Assembly: GCA_030018355.1 (NCBI GenBank)
Contig: JASEFN010000003.1
Coordinates: 83,939-147,938 of the forward strand
Source of the DNA: Caldisericia bacterium
GTDB lineage: Bacteria; Caldisericota; Caldisericia; B22-G15
DNA: 64,000 nucleotides
Direction of reading: 5' to 3'
Shown here: one piece after another, positions 38,542 to 48,209 of the stretch
Layout of the letters: each line of letters opens with the position of its first letter
Numbering within the stretch: position 1 is the stretch's first letter
The notes under the pieces: model-generated
What the model was told of the DNA's origin: nothing
Database searches by the model: none
What the model saw: only the letters and a program-made list of their open reading frames with translations
Position numbers and translations under genes: made by a program

Positions 38542-39911
38542 GTTTAATGAAATTAGTGGTAGGTGGGATGGTTTATTATAATGGAAAAGTTGAGAATTTA
38601 GATATTTTAATTGAAAAAGAAAAAATTATTGGTATAGGAAAATTTTCAACAGAAAATAAAGAAATAATTGACGCAACTGGTTTCTTAATTCTTCCTGGAG
38701 GCATTGATTCTCATGTTCATTTCAACGATCCTGGTTTTACGCATAGGGAAGATTTTGAGTCTGGAAGTAAAGCATCGGTTTCATCTGGAATAACAACAGT
38801 TATAGATATGCCATGTACTTCCATTCCTCAAGTAAAGGATAAGGAATCACTTTATAAAAAACTTGATGAGATTAAAAATAAATCCTATGTTGATTATGCA
38901 CTTTATGGTGGGGTTACAGGTGATATGATAAGGGATAAAAAATTTAAAGATATAGAAAATTTATATTCAGAAGGTGTTGTAGGTTTTAAAATTTATTCTT
39001 ACAGTTCAGCACCTTATTTTGAACATTTATCTTATGGAGAGATGTATGAACTTTTTAAATATTTTAAAAAAGAAGATATTCTTTTTACTTTACATGCAGA
39101 AGATTATTCAATAACAAAACATTATATGGAATTAGCACAAAAAAAAGAAGATTTGAGTGAAGGTGAAAAATGGATTCTTGCAAGACCATATCTTGCAGAA
39201 GTTATCTCTATTCTAATTTCATCAAGATTAATTAAAGATACAAATTTAAGGTTAAATATAACACATATATCAACAAGTGAAGGAGTAAAACTTGTTAAAG
39301 AGAGAAAAGATGAGGGTGTTAAGATTTTTTGTGAAACAACCCCACATCATCTCCTATTAACTCAAGATGATTTAATAAAAAATCCAAAACTTGTTAAAAC
39401 ATCTCCGCCTGTGAGATGTTATGAAAATAGAGAACTCATGTGGAAATTTTTAAAAGAAGGTTTTATAGATGGAGTTTGTTCAGACCACTTTTCTGGCGAA
39501 TGGGAAAATGAAAAAAATAAAGAAAATATTTTTGAAGTAGCAGCAGGAATTTCAGGAATTGATACAATTTTTCCTCTTATTTTTTCAGAAGGAGTTATGA
39601 AAGGAAGAATCTCTTTAAGTAAATTTGTTGAAGTTATGAGTGAAAATCCAGCAAAAATTTTTAAACTATATCCAAGAAAAGGAAAAATTGAAATTGGTTT
39701 TGATGCAGATTTAGTTTTTATTGATTTAAATAGAGTTTGGAAAATCGAAGGTAAGAATTTCTATTCAAAAGGAAAATATACTCCTTTTGAGAATTGGAAA
39801 ATCTATGGAAAAGTTGTTAAAACAATGTTAAGAGGAGAGATTGTTTTTGATGAAAATAAAGGCTTTCTTGTTGAAAAGGGATTTGGTAGATTCTTAAGAA
39901 GAATTGATTGA
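38538..39911 (+). CDS. Cyclic amidohydrolase (allantoinase / dihydroorotase / dihydropyrimidinase family).
   Basis: LPGGIDSHVHFNDPG...ITTVIDMP, 457 aa. Confidence 0.7.
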   Translation: MSLMKLVVGGMVYYNGKVENLDILIEKEKIIGIGKFSTENKEIIDATGFLILPGGIDSHVHFNDPGFTHREDFESGSKASVSSGITTVIDMPCTSIPQVKDKESLYKKLDEIKNKSYVDYALYGGVTGDMIRDKKFKDIENLYSEGVVGFKIYSYSSAPYFEHLSYGEMYELFKYFKKEDILFTLHAEDYSITKHYMELAQKKEDLSEGEKWILARPYLAEVISILISSRLIKDTNLRLNITHISTSEGVKLVKERKDEGVKIFCETTPHHLLLTQDDLIKNPKLVKTSPPVRCYENRELMWKFLKEGFIDGVCSDHFSGEWENEKNKENIFEVAAGISGIDTIFPLIFSEGVMKGRISLSKFVEVMSENPAKIFKLYPRKGKIEIGFDADLVFIDLNRVWKIEGKNFYSKGKYTPFENWKIYGKVVKTMLRGEIVFDENKGFLVEKGFGRFLRRID

Positions 39912-40608
39912 GGAGGGTTATATGAGAAGTTTAATAACATATTTAGGTCATTCATCATTTTCAATAAAATATTCTCAAGGAGAAATATTAATTGATCCCT
40001 TTTTTGAAATTGAAAATGATTTTATTGAAAAAACTAAAATAACATACATCTTTTTGACTCATGGACATCAAGACCATATAGGAAAAACTCTTGAACTATA
40101 TAAAAAGTTTAATCTAAAAATTGCAGGTGCTTATGAATTGATGTTGTTTTTAAATAGTAAAGGAGTAAGGGAAGAAGATTTAATTTCAATTAATTTTGGA
40201 GGATTTATAGAATTTCCATTTGGGAAAGTCAAGATGGTTTATGCACTTCACTCATCATCTACACTTAATGATGGAAAAATTGTTTATACTGGAAATCCAT
40301 GTGGTTATATTTTTAAATTTGAAGATAGAACAATCTATCACATGGGAGATACAGGTCTATCTTATGAATTTAAACTCATTGGAGAGTTAGAAAAGATAAA
40401 TGTTTTGTTAATTCCAATAGGAGGAGTTTTTACAATGGATATCGATGACGCAATAAATGCAGTTAAGATGATTAACAGTGAATATGTAATACCAATGCAC
40501 TATAATACATTTGATGAAATTAAGTGTGATCCAATATTATTTAAGAGAAGAGTTGAAAGTGAGACGCTCTCTAAATGTATAATCTTAAAGAAAGGTGAAA
40601 GTTTCTAA
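39904..40608 (+). CDS. MBL-fold metal-dependent hydrolase (UPF0173-like).
   Basis: ITYLGHSSFSIK...IFLTHGHQDHIG. Confidence 0.65.
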   Translation: MIEEGYMRSLITYLGHSSFSIKYSQGEILIDPFFEIENDFIEKTKITYIFLTHGHQDHIGKTLELYKKFNLKIAGAYELMLFLNSKGVREEDLISINFGGFIEFPFGKVKMVYALHSSSTLNDGKIVYTGNPCGYIFKFEDRTIYHMGDTGLSYEFKLIGELEKINVLLIPIGGVFTMDIDDAINAVKMINSEYVIPMHYNTFDEIKCDPILFKRRVESETLSKCIILKKGESF

Positions 40609-40613
40609 AAAAA

Positions 40614-41492
40614 GTGATCAATAAAATAATTGTTCCTTCAGAATGGGAAGAGTTAAAAGAGAAATTCTTATCTAAAGGAAAAAAATTAATAGTTTTAGGG
40701 GGTTCTGATTCTGGAAAATCAACTTTTATTCTTTATTTAGCAAATTCTATTGCATCAACTGGTAAAAAAGTTGGCATTTTGGATCTTGATATAGGTCAAT
40801 CCAATATTGGTCCTCCTGGAACAATTGGATATGGAGTACTTGAGAAAGAGATCGAGAGTTTAGATTCACTCCAACCTAAAAAGATGGTTTTTATTGGTGC
40901 AGTATCACCTAAGGGAAATCTTCTTCAAATTGTTGTTGGTGCAAGAAAATTACTTGATTCAATGGAAATGGAAAATTTAGATTATATTTTAATTGATACA
41001 ACTGGTTTAGTAGATGGATTAATTGCTGAAGTTTTAAAACATAACAAAATAGAATGTTTAAATCCAGATTTCATCGTTTTATTTCAAAAAGAAAATGAAA
41101 GAGAAAATTTGATAAAGCCATTTTTATATGATGGAAAAGAGATAGTTAGATTAAAAATTAATGAGATTGTAAGAGAAAGATCAAGAATAGAAAGAATTGA
41201 ATATAGAAATAGAAAATTTAGTGAATATTTTAAAAATTCAAAAAGAGTAGAAATTTTCTTTAAAGAGCATAACATTTTAGGTTATAATATAAATAAATTT
41301 GATCCAATTAACAATTCAATAGTTGGTCTTCTTGATAAAGAAAGATTTTTACTTTATCTTGGTATTTTAGAAAAATTCAACAGAGAAAAAATGTCAATTA
41401 TAATTGACTCACCTATAGGAGAAGAGAAAGGAATAAAATATATAAAATTCTCTAATCTAATTTACAATATAAAAACATTTGCCCCCTCTTAA
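40614..41492 (+). CDS. Clp1/Grc3-like polynucleotide 5'-kinase P-loop protein (GTG start).
   Basis: LIVLGGSDSGKSTFILYLAN plus ILDLDIGQSNIGPPGTIG closely parallel human Clp1 VVGPTDVGKST...VELDVGQGSVSIPGTMG (Walker A and the Clp1_P lid). Confidence 0.6.
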   Translation: MINKIIVPSEWEELKEKFLSKGKKLIVLGGSDSGKSTFILYLANSIASTGKKVGILDLDIGQSNIGPPGTIGYGVLEKEIESLDSLQPKKMVFIGAVSPKGNLLQIVVGARKLLDSMEMENLDYILIDTTGLVDGLIAEVLKHNKIECLNPDFIVLFQKENERENLIKPFLYDGKEIVRLKINEIVRERSRIERIEYRNRKFSEYFKNSKRVEIFFKEHNILGYNINKFDPINNSIVGLLDKERFLLYLGILEKFNREKMSIIIDSPIGEEKGIKYIKFSNLIYNIKTFAPS

Positions 41493-41520
41493 TTGAGGAG
41501 GCTTTTGTAAAATTTTTTTT
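41482..41520. terminator. Bidirectional terminator between convergent genes.
   Basis: CCCCCTC-TTAATT-GAGGAGG hairpin followed by a T8 run. Confidence 0.55.
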
Positions 41521-41535
41521 AATAAGTTGTTATTT

Positions 41536-41895
41536 TTAACTTTCAGTCTTTTTAATCAAATTTTTAATTGCTTCAATTGCCTGTTCAGTTGTCATATTTC
41601 TAATGTCAACTCCATAGTGCTTTGTTTTATCAAAACCTGCTTTTTCAAAGGCGTCTCTAAACATTTTAATTTGCATTTTTGGATCACAACCTGCAATGTA
41701 AAGTTTATCAATTTTTCCATTAGTTGATAAAAGAGTTGTTAAGTAATTATCACCATCATCTGCACAAAGTTGAGGATGGATAGAAACAAAATCAACAAGT
41801 TCTTCTCTTCTTAAAGTGTTTAAAACTTCAAAAATGTTCATTTGGTGAAAAGATGGACATGTTCCTTGACAAACACATAAAATTAATCCTTTCAT
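41536..41895 (-). CDS. MvhD/FlpD-like hydrogenase iron-sulfur-subunit-domain protein.
   Basis: N-terminal LILCVCQGTCPS cysteine cluster and C-terminal IAGCDP. The family call is weak. Confidence 0.35.
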   Translation of the reverse strand: MKGLILCVCQGTCPSFHQMNIFEVLNTLRREELVDFVSIHPQLCADDGDNYLTTLLSTNGKIDKLYIAGCDPKMQIKMFRDAFEKAGFDKTKHYGVDIRNMTTEQAIEAIKNLIKKTES

Positions 41896-42128
41896 TTTTT
41901 CTCACCTCCATCTAATGCAATTCTAACTTTACTTCCAATAAAATTAATCGCACCTGTTGGACATGCTCCTTTAAGACACCCTTTACAAAAATCTACACAA
42001 TTTTCAGGTCTTATAACTTCAACCTTTCCATTAATAACCTCATAAACATTATGAGGACAAAATTCAACACAAGAGAAACAAGAAATGCATTTTTCATAAT
42101 CAATTACAGGATACCAATTTTTAGACAT
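41892..42128 (-). CDS. 4Fe-4S ferredoxin.
   Basis: CISCFSCVEFCP and CVDFCKGCLKGACP cluster motifs, 78 aa. Confidence 0.8.
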   Translation of the reverse strand: MSKNWYPVIDYEKCISCFSCVEFCPHNVYEVINGKVEVIRPENCVDFCKGCLKGACPTGAINFIGSKVRIALDGGEKK

Positions 42129-42131
42129 ACT

Positions 42132-42563
42132 TTAACCTCCTTTATTAGTTGTTTTTACTCTCTCTTCACTCTTAAAATCTTTAATTAATTTTTTCCATTT
42201 AGGATCATTTACACCAACAACACATTTGTTTTTTTCTCTTAAAGAGACTCTCAATTTTAATAAAAATATGTTTTTTTTGATATAATCTTCAGGAATAGAT
42301 AAGATTGTGTGAAAAAGATTTTCTAAAAATGGATCAAGATTTTCATTTATTGAATATTTAACTAATCTTCCCGATCTTTCTTCAATTACTAAATTTATAC
42401 TTTTAAGTTCTTGTAAATATTTTGAAACATTATAATGCGTTTCTTCTAAAGCATCTGCAATTTCACATACATAAAAACCTTGCTTCTCTTTTAATAATAG
42501 CATTAATAATTTTAATCTCTTTTCAGATGACAAAACTTTGAAAATTTTTGTGTATTTATACAT
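42132..42563 (-). CDS. ArsR/SmtB-family transcriptional regulator.
   Basis: Winged HTH: LKLLMLLLKEKQGFYVCEIADALEETHYNVSKYLQELK. Confidence 0.65.
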   Translation of the reverse strand: MYKYTKIFKVLSSEKRLKLLMLLLKEKQGFYVCEIADALEETHYNVSKYLQELKSINLVIEERSGRLVKYSINENLDPFLENLFHTILSIPEDYIKKNIFLLKLRVSLREKNKCVVGVNDPKWKKLIKDFKSEERVKTTNKGG

Positions 42564-42807
42564 ATTATATCTTCATCTTCTCCTTTATCTACAAAAGTAT
42601 TTTTATTGAAGAACTACAACAACTTGAACTAGAGTTTATAAATTTTATAGATAAATTCTCTTTGTCAACTTCTTTTAAAATCTTTTTAAACTCTTTAACT
42701 GCTTTATCTGATACAGCAATCATTATAACCTCCTTTTATTCCAATATGCACATATTAGCATATATTTAAAAATTTGTCAATATCAATTTTATTAACTTAT
42801 TTTTTAA

Positions 42808-43995
42808 TTAAATTATTCCTAACTCTTTTCCACCCTTATATAATGCTTTTAATGCTTTTTCAATATCTTCATGCGAATGAGATGCCATTATACATGAACG
42901 GAGTCTTGCTGTTCCTGGTGGGATTGCTGGAGTTAAAATTGGAAATATTAAAATACCTTCATCCCATAATATTCTTGTTAATTTTAAAGCAAGTTCATCA
43001 TCTTTCAATAAAATTGGGACAACTGCAGATTGAGTATTCATTGTATCATAGCCCATTTTTTTGAGTTCACTTGTATAGTGATTTATATTTTCCCAAAGTT
43101 TTTTTATTCTCCATTTCTCTTCTTCAATAACATCAAAAGAGACCATCGCAGCAACTGTTTGTGCGGGTGGAAGTGCAGCTGAAAAAATGTATGCTCTTGA
43201 ATTATGTTTTATAAAATCAATTAACTTTTTATCTCCAGCAATATAACCACCAACTGAAGGAATTGTTTTTGAAAGAGTACCCATAGAAATATCAACTTCT
43301 CCATATATTCCAAAATATTCTTCTATACCCTTTCCATTTTCTCCTAAAACTCCAAGAGAGTGAGCCTCATCAACCATAAGTAGAGCATTATATTTTTTCT
43401 TTATTTCAACAAGTTCAGGAAGAGGTGCAATATCTCCATCCATTGAATATACTCCATCAACAACTATTAATTTAACTCTATCTTGTGGCACATCTTTAAT
43501 TAATTCTTCAAGATGTTCAACATCATTATGGTCAAATCTAATGAAATTTGCTCTTGATTGAATTGCTCCATCTACAATACTTGCATGATCATATTTGTCG
43601 CAGAAAACATAATCATCTTTTGTAAGTAGAGTAGAAATAGTGGTTAAATTTGTTACATACCCACTACTAAATACTGCACTTGCTTCTCTTCCTTTAAAAC
43701 GAGCAATTCTTTCTTCAAGTTGGTTATGAAGAATTGTTGTACCAGCAAGAAGTCGAACTCCATGTGCACCTGTACTAAATTCATCAATTGCTTTTTTGGC
43801 TGCCTCATTTATTTTTGGATGGTTTATAAGACCAAGATATGAATATGATCCAAACATTATATAATCTTTTCCATTTATAACAACATGAGCATCATACATT
43901 TTTTCAATAGGTGCTTGATAAAAATATAAATTTCTTCTTTTTGCATCTTCAAGTCTTTCAAGAAATTTATTTATTCTTGCATCAAGTGGGTTCAT
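42808..43995 (-). CDS. Glycine C-acetyltransferase / 8-amino-7-oxononanoate synthase family (class II PLP aminotransferase).
   Basis: 395 aa with PLP-lysine region GTLSKTIPSVGGYIAG and a His-rich N-terminal region. Confidence 0.8.
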   Translation of the reverse strand: MNPLDARINKFLERLEDAKRRNLYFYQAPIEKMYDAHVVINGKDYIMFGSYSYLGLINHPKINEAAKKAIDEFSTGAHGVRLLAGTTILHNQLEERIARFKGREASAVFSSGYVTNLTTISTLLTKDDYVFCDKYDHASIVDGAIQSRANFIRFDHNDVEHLEELIKDVPQDRVKLIVVDGVYSMDGDIAPLPELVEIKKKYNALLMVDEAHSLGVLGENGKGIEEYFGIYGEVDISMGTLSKTIPSVGGYIAGDKKLIDFIKHNSRAYIFSAALPPAQTVAAMVSFDVIEEEKWRIKKLWENINHYTSELKKMGYDTMNTQSAVVPILLKDDELALKLTRILWDEGILIFPILTPAIPPGTARLRSCIMASHSHEDIEKALKALYKGGKELGII

Positions 43996-44067
43996 GTTTA
44001 CTTCCTCCTTGTTAATTTAAACTTTTTTAATTATACTATAAAATGAAATTTGTTTTTGGAGGTTTTT

Positions 44068-45219
44068 ATGGAATTTAATGTTTTACTTCAAGGAAATATT
44101 TTTTTTGGTAAAGGATCTCTTATAAAGATTATTGAACTTTCAAAACATCTTGGAAAAATAACTCTTATTGTTACAGGAAAAAGATCAACAAAAGAGAGTG
44201 GAGCACTTTCAAAATTAATTGAGTATCTTAAGGATATGGGAGTTAATTTTGTGGTGTTTGATAAAATAGAGCCAAATCCTTCAGTTGAAATTGTTGAAGA
44301 AGGTGGAAAACTTTTTCTGGAAAATGGGTGTGAATCAATAATAGCAATTGGCGGAGGAAGTAGCATAGATGCAGCAAAAGGAATTGGAGTTTATGCAATT
44401 TATAAAGAAATTATTCCCTTTTTAACTCAAGAGAAAATAGTTGATCAAAAAATTCCACCTCTTATAGCAATTCCTACAACTTCTGGTACAGGTTCTGAAG
44501 TAACGAAGTACTCAATAATTACTTATAAAGATAAAAAACTTGCAATTGTATCTCCATTTATTACTCCTCAATTTGCAATTTTAGATCCAGAACTTACGCT
44601 TTCAATGACTCCAAAAATTGTAAGAGATACAGGAATTGATGCATTATCTCATGCTCTTGAGGGACTTTTTTCTCTTGGGGCAACACCAATATCAGATCTT
44701 TTTGGATATGAAGCAGTAAAAATAATCTATAAATATCTACCAAGAAGTTTTGCAAAAAAAGGCGATTTTGAGGCTAAAGAAATGATGCATTATGCCTCTA
44801 TGATTGCTGGACTTCAAATATCAATAAGTGGAACTGGAATAGTTCATGGAATGGGATATCCATTAACTACAAAATATGGATTTCCACATGGTTTTGCAAA
44901 TGCACTACTTATGCCATATGTTTTTAAATTTGAACTACCAGCAGTGTATGAAAAAATGGCAAGAATAACTAAAATGCTTGGTTTTGATGAAAAAGATACC
45001 TTTTCAGATGCTTATAAATTTTTAAACATTTTATTAGAGTTTTACAAAATTTTAGAATTGCCTTTAACTTTAAAAGAAGTAGGAGTTAAAGAGGAGGATT
45101 TGCCAACTTTTTCACAAGAAGTTTTTAAAAATGAAAGATTAAAGAGAATTGCTCCAAGAGTTCCTGAGTATGAAGATATTCTAAATATTTACAAGAATGC
45201 ATATAAAGGTGTAATATAA
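44068..45219 (+). CDS. Iron-containing alcohol dehydrogenase.
   Basis: GGGSSIDAAKGI NAD-binding motif and the His metal ligands. The start was moved to the MEFNVL ATG that has a GGAGG RBS. Confidence 0.8.
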   Translation: MEFNVLLQGNIFFGKGSLIKIIELSKHLGKITLIVTGKRSTKESGALSKLIEYLKDMGVNFVVFDKIEPNPSVEIVEEGGKLFLENGCESIIAIGGGSSIDAAKGIGVYAIYKEIIPFLTQEKIVDQKIPPLIAIPTTSGTGSEVTKYSIITYKDKKLAIVSPFITPQFAILDPELTLSMTPKIVRDTGIDALSHALEGLFSLGATPISDLFGYEAVKIIYKYLPRSFAKKGDFEAKEMMHYASMIAGLQISISGTGIVHGMGYPLTTKYGFPHGFANALLMPYVFKFELPAVYEKMARITKMLGFDEKDTFSDAYKFLNILLEFYKILELPLTLKEVGVKEEDLPTFSQEVFKNERLKRIAPRVPEYEDILNIYKNAYKGVI

Positions 45220-45223
45220 TAAA

Positions 45224-46912
45224 GTGAACAGAAGATCATTTAATCCAATTGATATATTAGCAATAGGAATAATCTTTGCAATTTTCTATTTTATATTTGT
45301 TGGTAGTAAAAGTTATTCAAAAGAACTATTTGAAAAAAGAGAAATTGTGTTATCGCTTAAATATCTGCCACTTTATTCCTTTTATTCAATATTAAGAATT
45401 TTTATAGCATTTATAATTTCTTTTGTTTTTGCTATAGTATATGGCTATCTTGCATTTAAAAATAAAACTCTCGAGGTTTTTTTAATTCCCATTCTTGATG
45501 TTTTACAATCAATTCCTGTTCTTTCATTTCTTCCACCTGTTTTTTATTTCTTTGTTTCTATTTTTAAGGGTTCATCCTTAGGATTAGAACTTGCCTCAAT
45601 TATTCTAATTTTTACAGGTCAAGTTTGGAATCTTGTTTTTAGTTTCTACAACTCATTAAAAACTGAACCAAAAGAATTTGAAGATGTTGTAAGAATAAAT
45701 AAACTTAATTTCTGGGAACGTTTTACAAAATTAGATCTTCCACATGCTGCAATTGGTTTGATTTGGAATAGTATGATGTCTGTTGCTGGTGGTTGGTTTT
45801 TCTTGATGGCTTGTGAAAACTTTTCAATTTTAAACCAAGAGTACACTCTCCTTGGTCTTGGTTCATTCCTTGCAAAGGCATCAGAAGTTGGGGATATGAA
45901 AATGATAATGATAGGATTGTTTACCTTAATTTTAATAATAGTTCTAATAGATCAATTTATATGGAGACCACTTATAGCATGGTCATCAAAATTTAAAATG
46001 GAAGAAAAAGGAGAAGAGGAGGCAAGATCTTTTATTCTTGAACTATATCAAAGATCTCAAATTTTTGCTTTTGTTTCTTTTAATATAATTTCTCCTTTAA
46101 ATAAATTTATAACTAATCTCTTCACAAGAAAGAGAGAAAGAGGGGAAAATTTTACAGTCGAGATCATTAAAAAAGTTTTATCATATATAATTTTTGGTTA
46201 TCTATTTTTATTTATGATGAAAGGTGTAGAGGGATTAATTAAAACAATTATGTCAGTATCATTATCTGACTGGTTATTAATAGTAAAAGGTGGGGGATTC
46301 ACTTTATTTAGAGTTATTTTAGCAGTTTTAATTGGTTATCTTTGGACAATACCAGTTGGAGTAAAAATTGGTATAAATCCTAATATTTCAAAATATGCTC
46401 AACCTGTAGCCCAAATTTTAGCATCAATTCCTGCTACTGCCCTCTTTCCAGTCATTTTACTTTTCTTTTTAAACTTAAGAGGTGGATTACAAATAAGTTC
46501 AATAATACTTATGGCTCTTGGAACTCAATGGTATCTTCTTTTTAATGTTATTGGAGGTGCTAAACAAATTCCTAAAGATTTTATAGAAGTGGGTAAAATT
46601 TTTAAATTAAGTGGAAAAAATTGGTGGAGTATAATTGTCATACCTACAATTTTTTCTTCATTAATAACTGGTGGAATTACAGCATGGGGTGGTGCATGGA
46701 ACTCAAGCATTGTTTCTGAATATGTAAATTTTGGTGGAAAGGTACATATGATTACTGGACTTGGTGCTTTAATTAGTAGTGCAACAGAAAGGGGTGACAT
46801 ACCCCTTCTTACAGCAAGTACTTTATTTATGGCTGTTATTGTAGTATTATTTAATAGACTCTTCTGGAGAAAAATGTATAATCTCGCAGAAGATAAATAT
46901 CATTTGGAGTAG
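45224..46912 (+). CDS. ABC transporter permease, duplicated NitT/TauT-type domains.
   Basis: 562 aa with two six-TM halves. Confidence 0.7.
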   Translation: MNRRSFNPIDILAIGIIFAIFYFIFVGSKSYSKELFEKREIVLSLKYLPLYSFYSILRIFIAFIISFVFAIVYGYLAFKNKTLEVFLIPILDVLQSIPVLSFLPPVFYFFVSIFKGSSLGLELASIILIFTGQVWNLVFSFYNSLKTEPKEFEDVVRINKLNFWERFTKLDLPHAAIGLIWNSMMSVAGGWFFLMACENFSILNQEYTLLGLGSFLAKASEVGDMKMIMIGLFTLILIIVLIDQFIWRPLIAWSSKFKMEEKGEEEARSFILELYQRSQIFAFVSFNIISPLNKFITNLFTRKRERGENFTVEIIKKVLSYIIFGYLFLFMMKGVEGLIKTIMSVSLSDWLLIVKGGGFTLFRVILAVLIGYLWTIPVGVKIGINPNISKYAQPVAQILASIPATALFPVILLFFLNLRGGLQISSIILMALGTQWYLLFNVIGGAKQIPKDFIEVGKIFKLSGKNWWSIIVIPTIFSSLITGGITAWGGAWNSSIVSEYVNFGGKVHMITGLGALISSATERGDIPLLTASTLFMAVIVVLFNRLFWRKMYNLAEDKYHLE

Positions 46913-46917
46913 AGTGT

Positions 46918-48207
46918 ATGTATTTACTTGAAGTAAGAAATGTTAGTAAAAAATTTACATTTCCTGGAAAAAAGGAAATTTTTGTTTTAAAGGATATTAA
47001 TTTTAATATTCGTGAAGGTGAGATTGTTTCAATTTTAGGACCATCAGGTTCAGGAAAATCTACTCTTTTACGAATAATTGCTGGTTTAATAAAACCAGAT
47101 GAAGGAGTTGTTATTTATAGAAATAAAATAATAACAGATGTAAATCCAGGTGTATCAATTGTTTTTCAGAATTTTGCTCTTTTTCCTTGGCTTACAGTTG
47201 AAGAAAATGTTTTATTAGGACTAATAAATAAAGAAATGGATATTAAAGAAAAAAGAGAAAAGGCTCTTAAAGCAATAGATATTGTAGGTCTTGATGGATT
47301 TGAGAAGGCATATCCTAAAGAACTATCTGGTGGAATGAAACAAAGAGTTGGATTTGCAAGAGCACTTGTAGTTGAACCAGATATACTTTTAATGGATGAG
47401 CCTTTTTCATCTCTTGATGTTTTAACTGCTGAAAACTTAAGAAATGACCTTTTGGAGTTATGGATTGAAAACAAAATTCCAACGAAAGCAATTATATTAA
47501 TAACTCATAGTATTGAGGAAGCAGTTTATATGTCTGATAGGGTTTTAATTATAAGTAAAGACCCAGGGAGAATAGTTGAAGATATTGAAATTAAAATTCC
47601 ACACTGGAGAGATAAAAACTCTCAAAAGTTTCTATCTCTTGTTGATAGAATATATACAACATTAACAGGCGGAGAAATAGAAAAAGAAAGAGAAATTATG
47701 AGAGTTTCAAAAGAGACTCTTATAATACCTAATGCAAGAGTAGGTGCAATAACAGGTTTTGTTGAACTTGTATCTGATCTTGGAGGAAAAACAGATTTAT
47801 TCAAAATAGGTAGAGAACTCTATATGGATCTTGAGGATCTATTGCCAATTGTTGAAGCATCAGAACTTCTTGGCTTTACCAAATATAAACAGGGTGATAT
47901 TGAATTGACCCCTGATGGAGAAAATTTCGTTGAAGCAGATCTTCTTAAAAAGAAAGAAATTTTTAGAGAAAAAGTTCTTGAAAATGTTTTTATGATAAAG
48001 CAAATTGTTAGAGTTTTAAAATCAAAAACAAACAAAAGAATTTCTGAGGATTTCTTCCTTGATATTTTAGAAAGAAGAATGACAAGAAGTGAAGCAGAAA
48101 AACAGATGGATATTTTAATAGATTGGGGAAGATATGCAGAGTTATTTACATACGATGATGAGACAGATGAACTTATTCTTGAAGAGGAGATAGAAACTAA
48201 AACATAA
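46918..48207 (+). CDS. ABC transporter ATP-binding protein (NitT/TauT family) with a C-terminal extension.
   Basis: Walker A GPSGSGKST, signature LSGGMKQRV, Walker B LLMDEPFSSLD, plus a roughly 170-aa extra C-terminal domain. Confidence 0.85.
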   Translation: MYLLEVRNVSKKFTFPGKKEIFVLKDINFNIREGEIVSILGPSGSGKSTLLRIIAGLIKPDEGVVIYRNKIITDVNPGVSIVFQNFALFPWLTVEENVLLGLINKEMDIKEKREKALKAIDIVGLDGFEKAYPKELSGGMKQRVGFARALVVEPDILLMDEPFSSLDVLTAENLRNDLLELWIENKIPTKAIILITHSIEEAVYMSDRVLIISKDPGRIVEDIEIKIPHWRDKNSQKFLSLVDRIYTTLTGGEIEKEREIMRVSKETLIIPNARVGAITGFVELVSDLGGKTDLFKIGRELYMDLEDLLPIVEASELLGFTKYKQGDIELTPDGENFVEADLLKKKEIFREKVLENVFMIKQIVRVLKSKTNKRISEDFFLDILERRMTRSEAEKQMDILIDWGRYAELFTYDDETDELILEEEIETKT

Positions 48208-48209
48208 AA

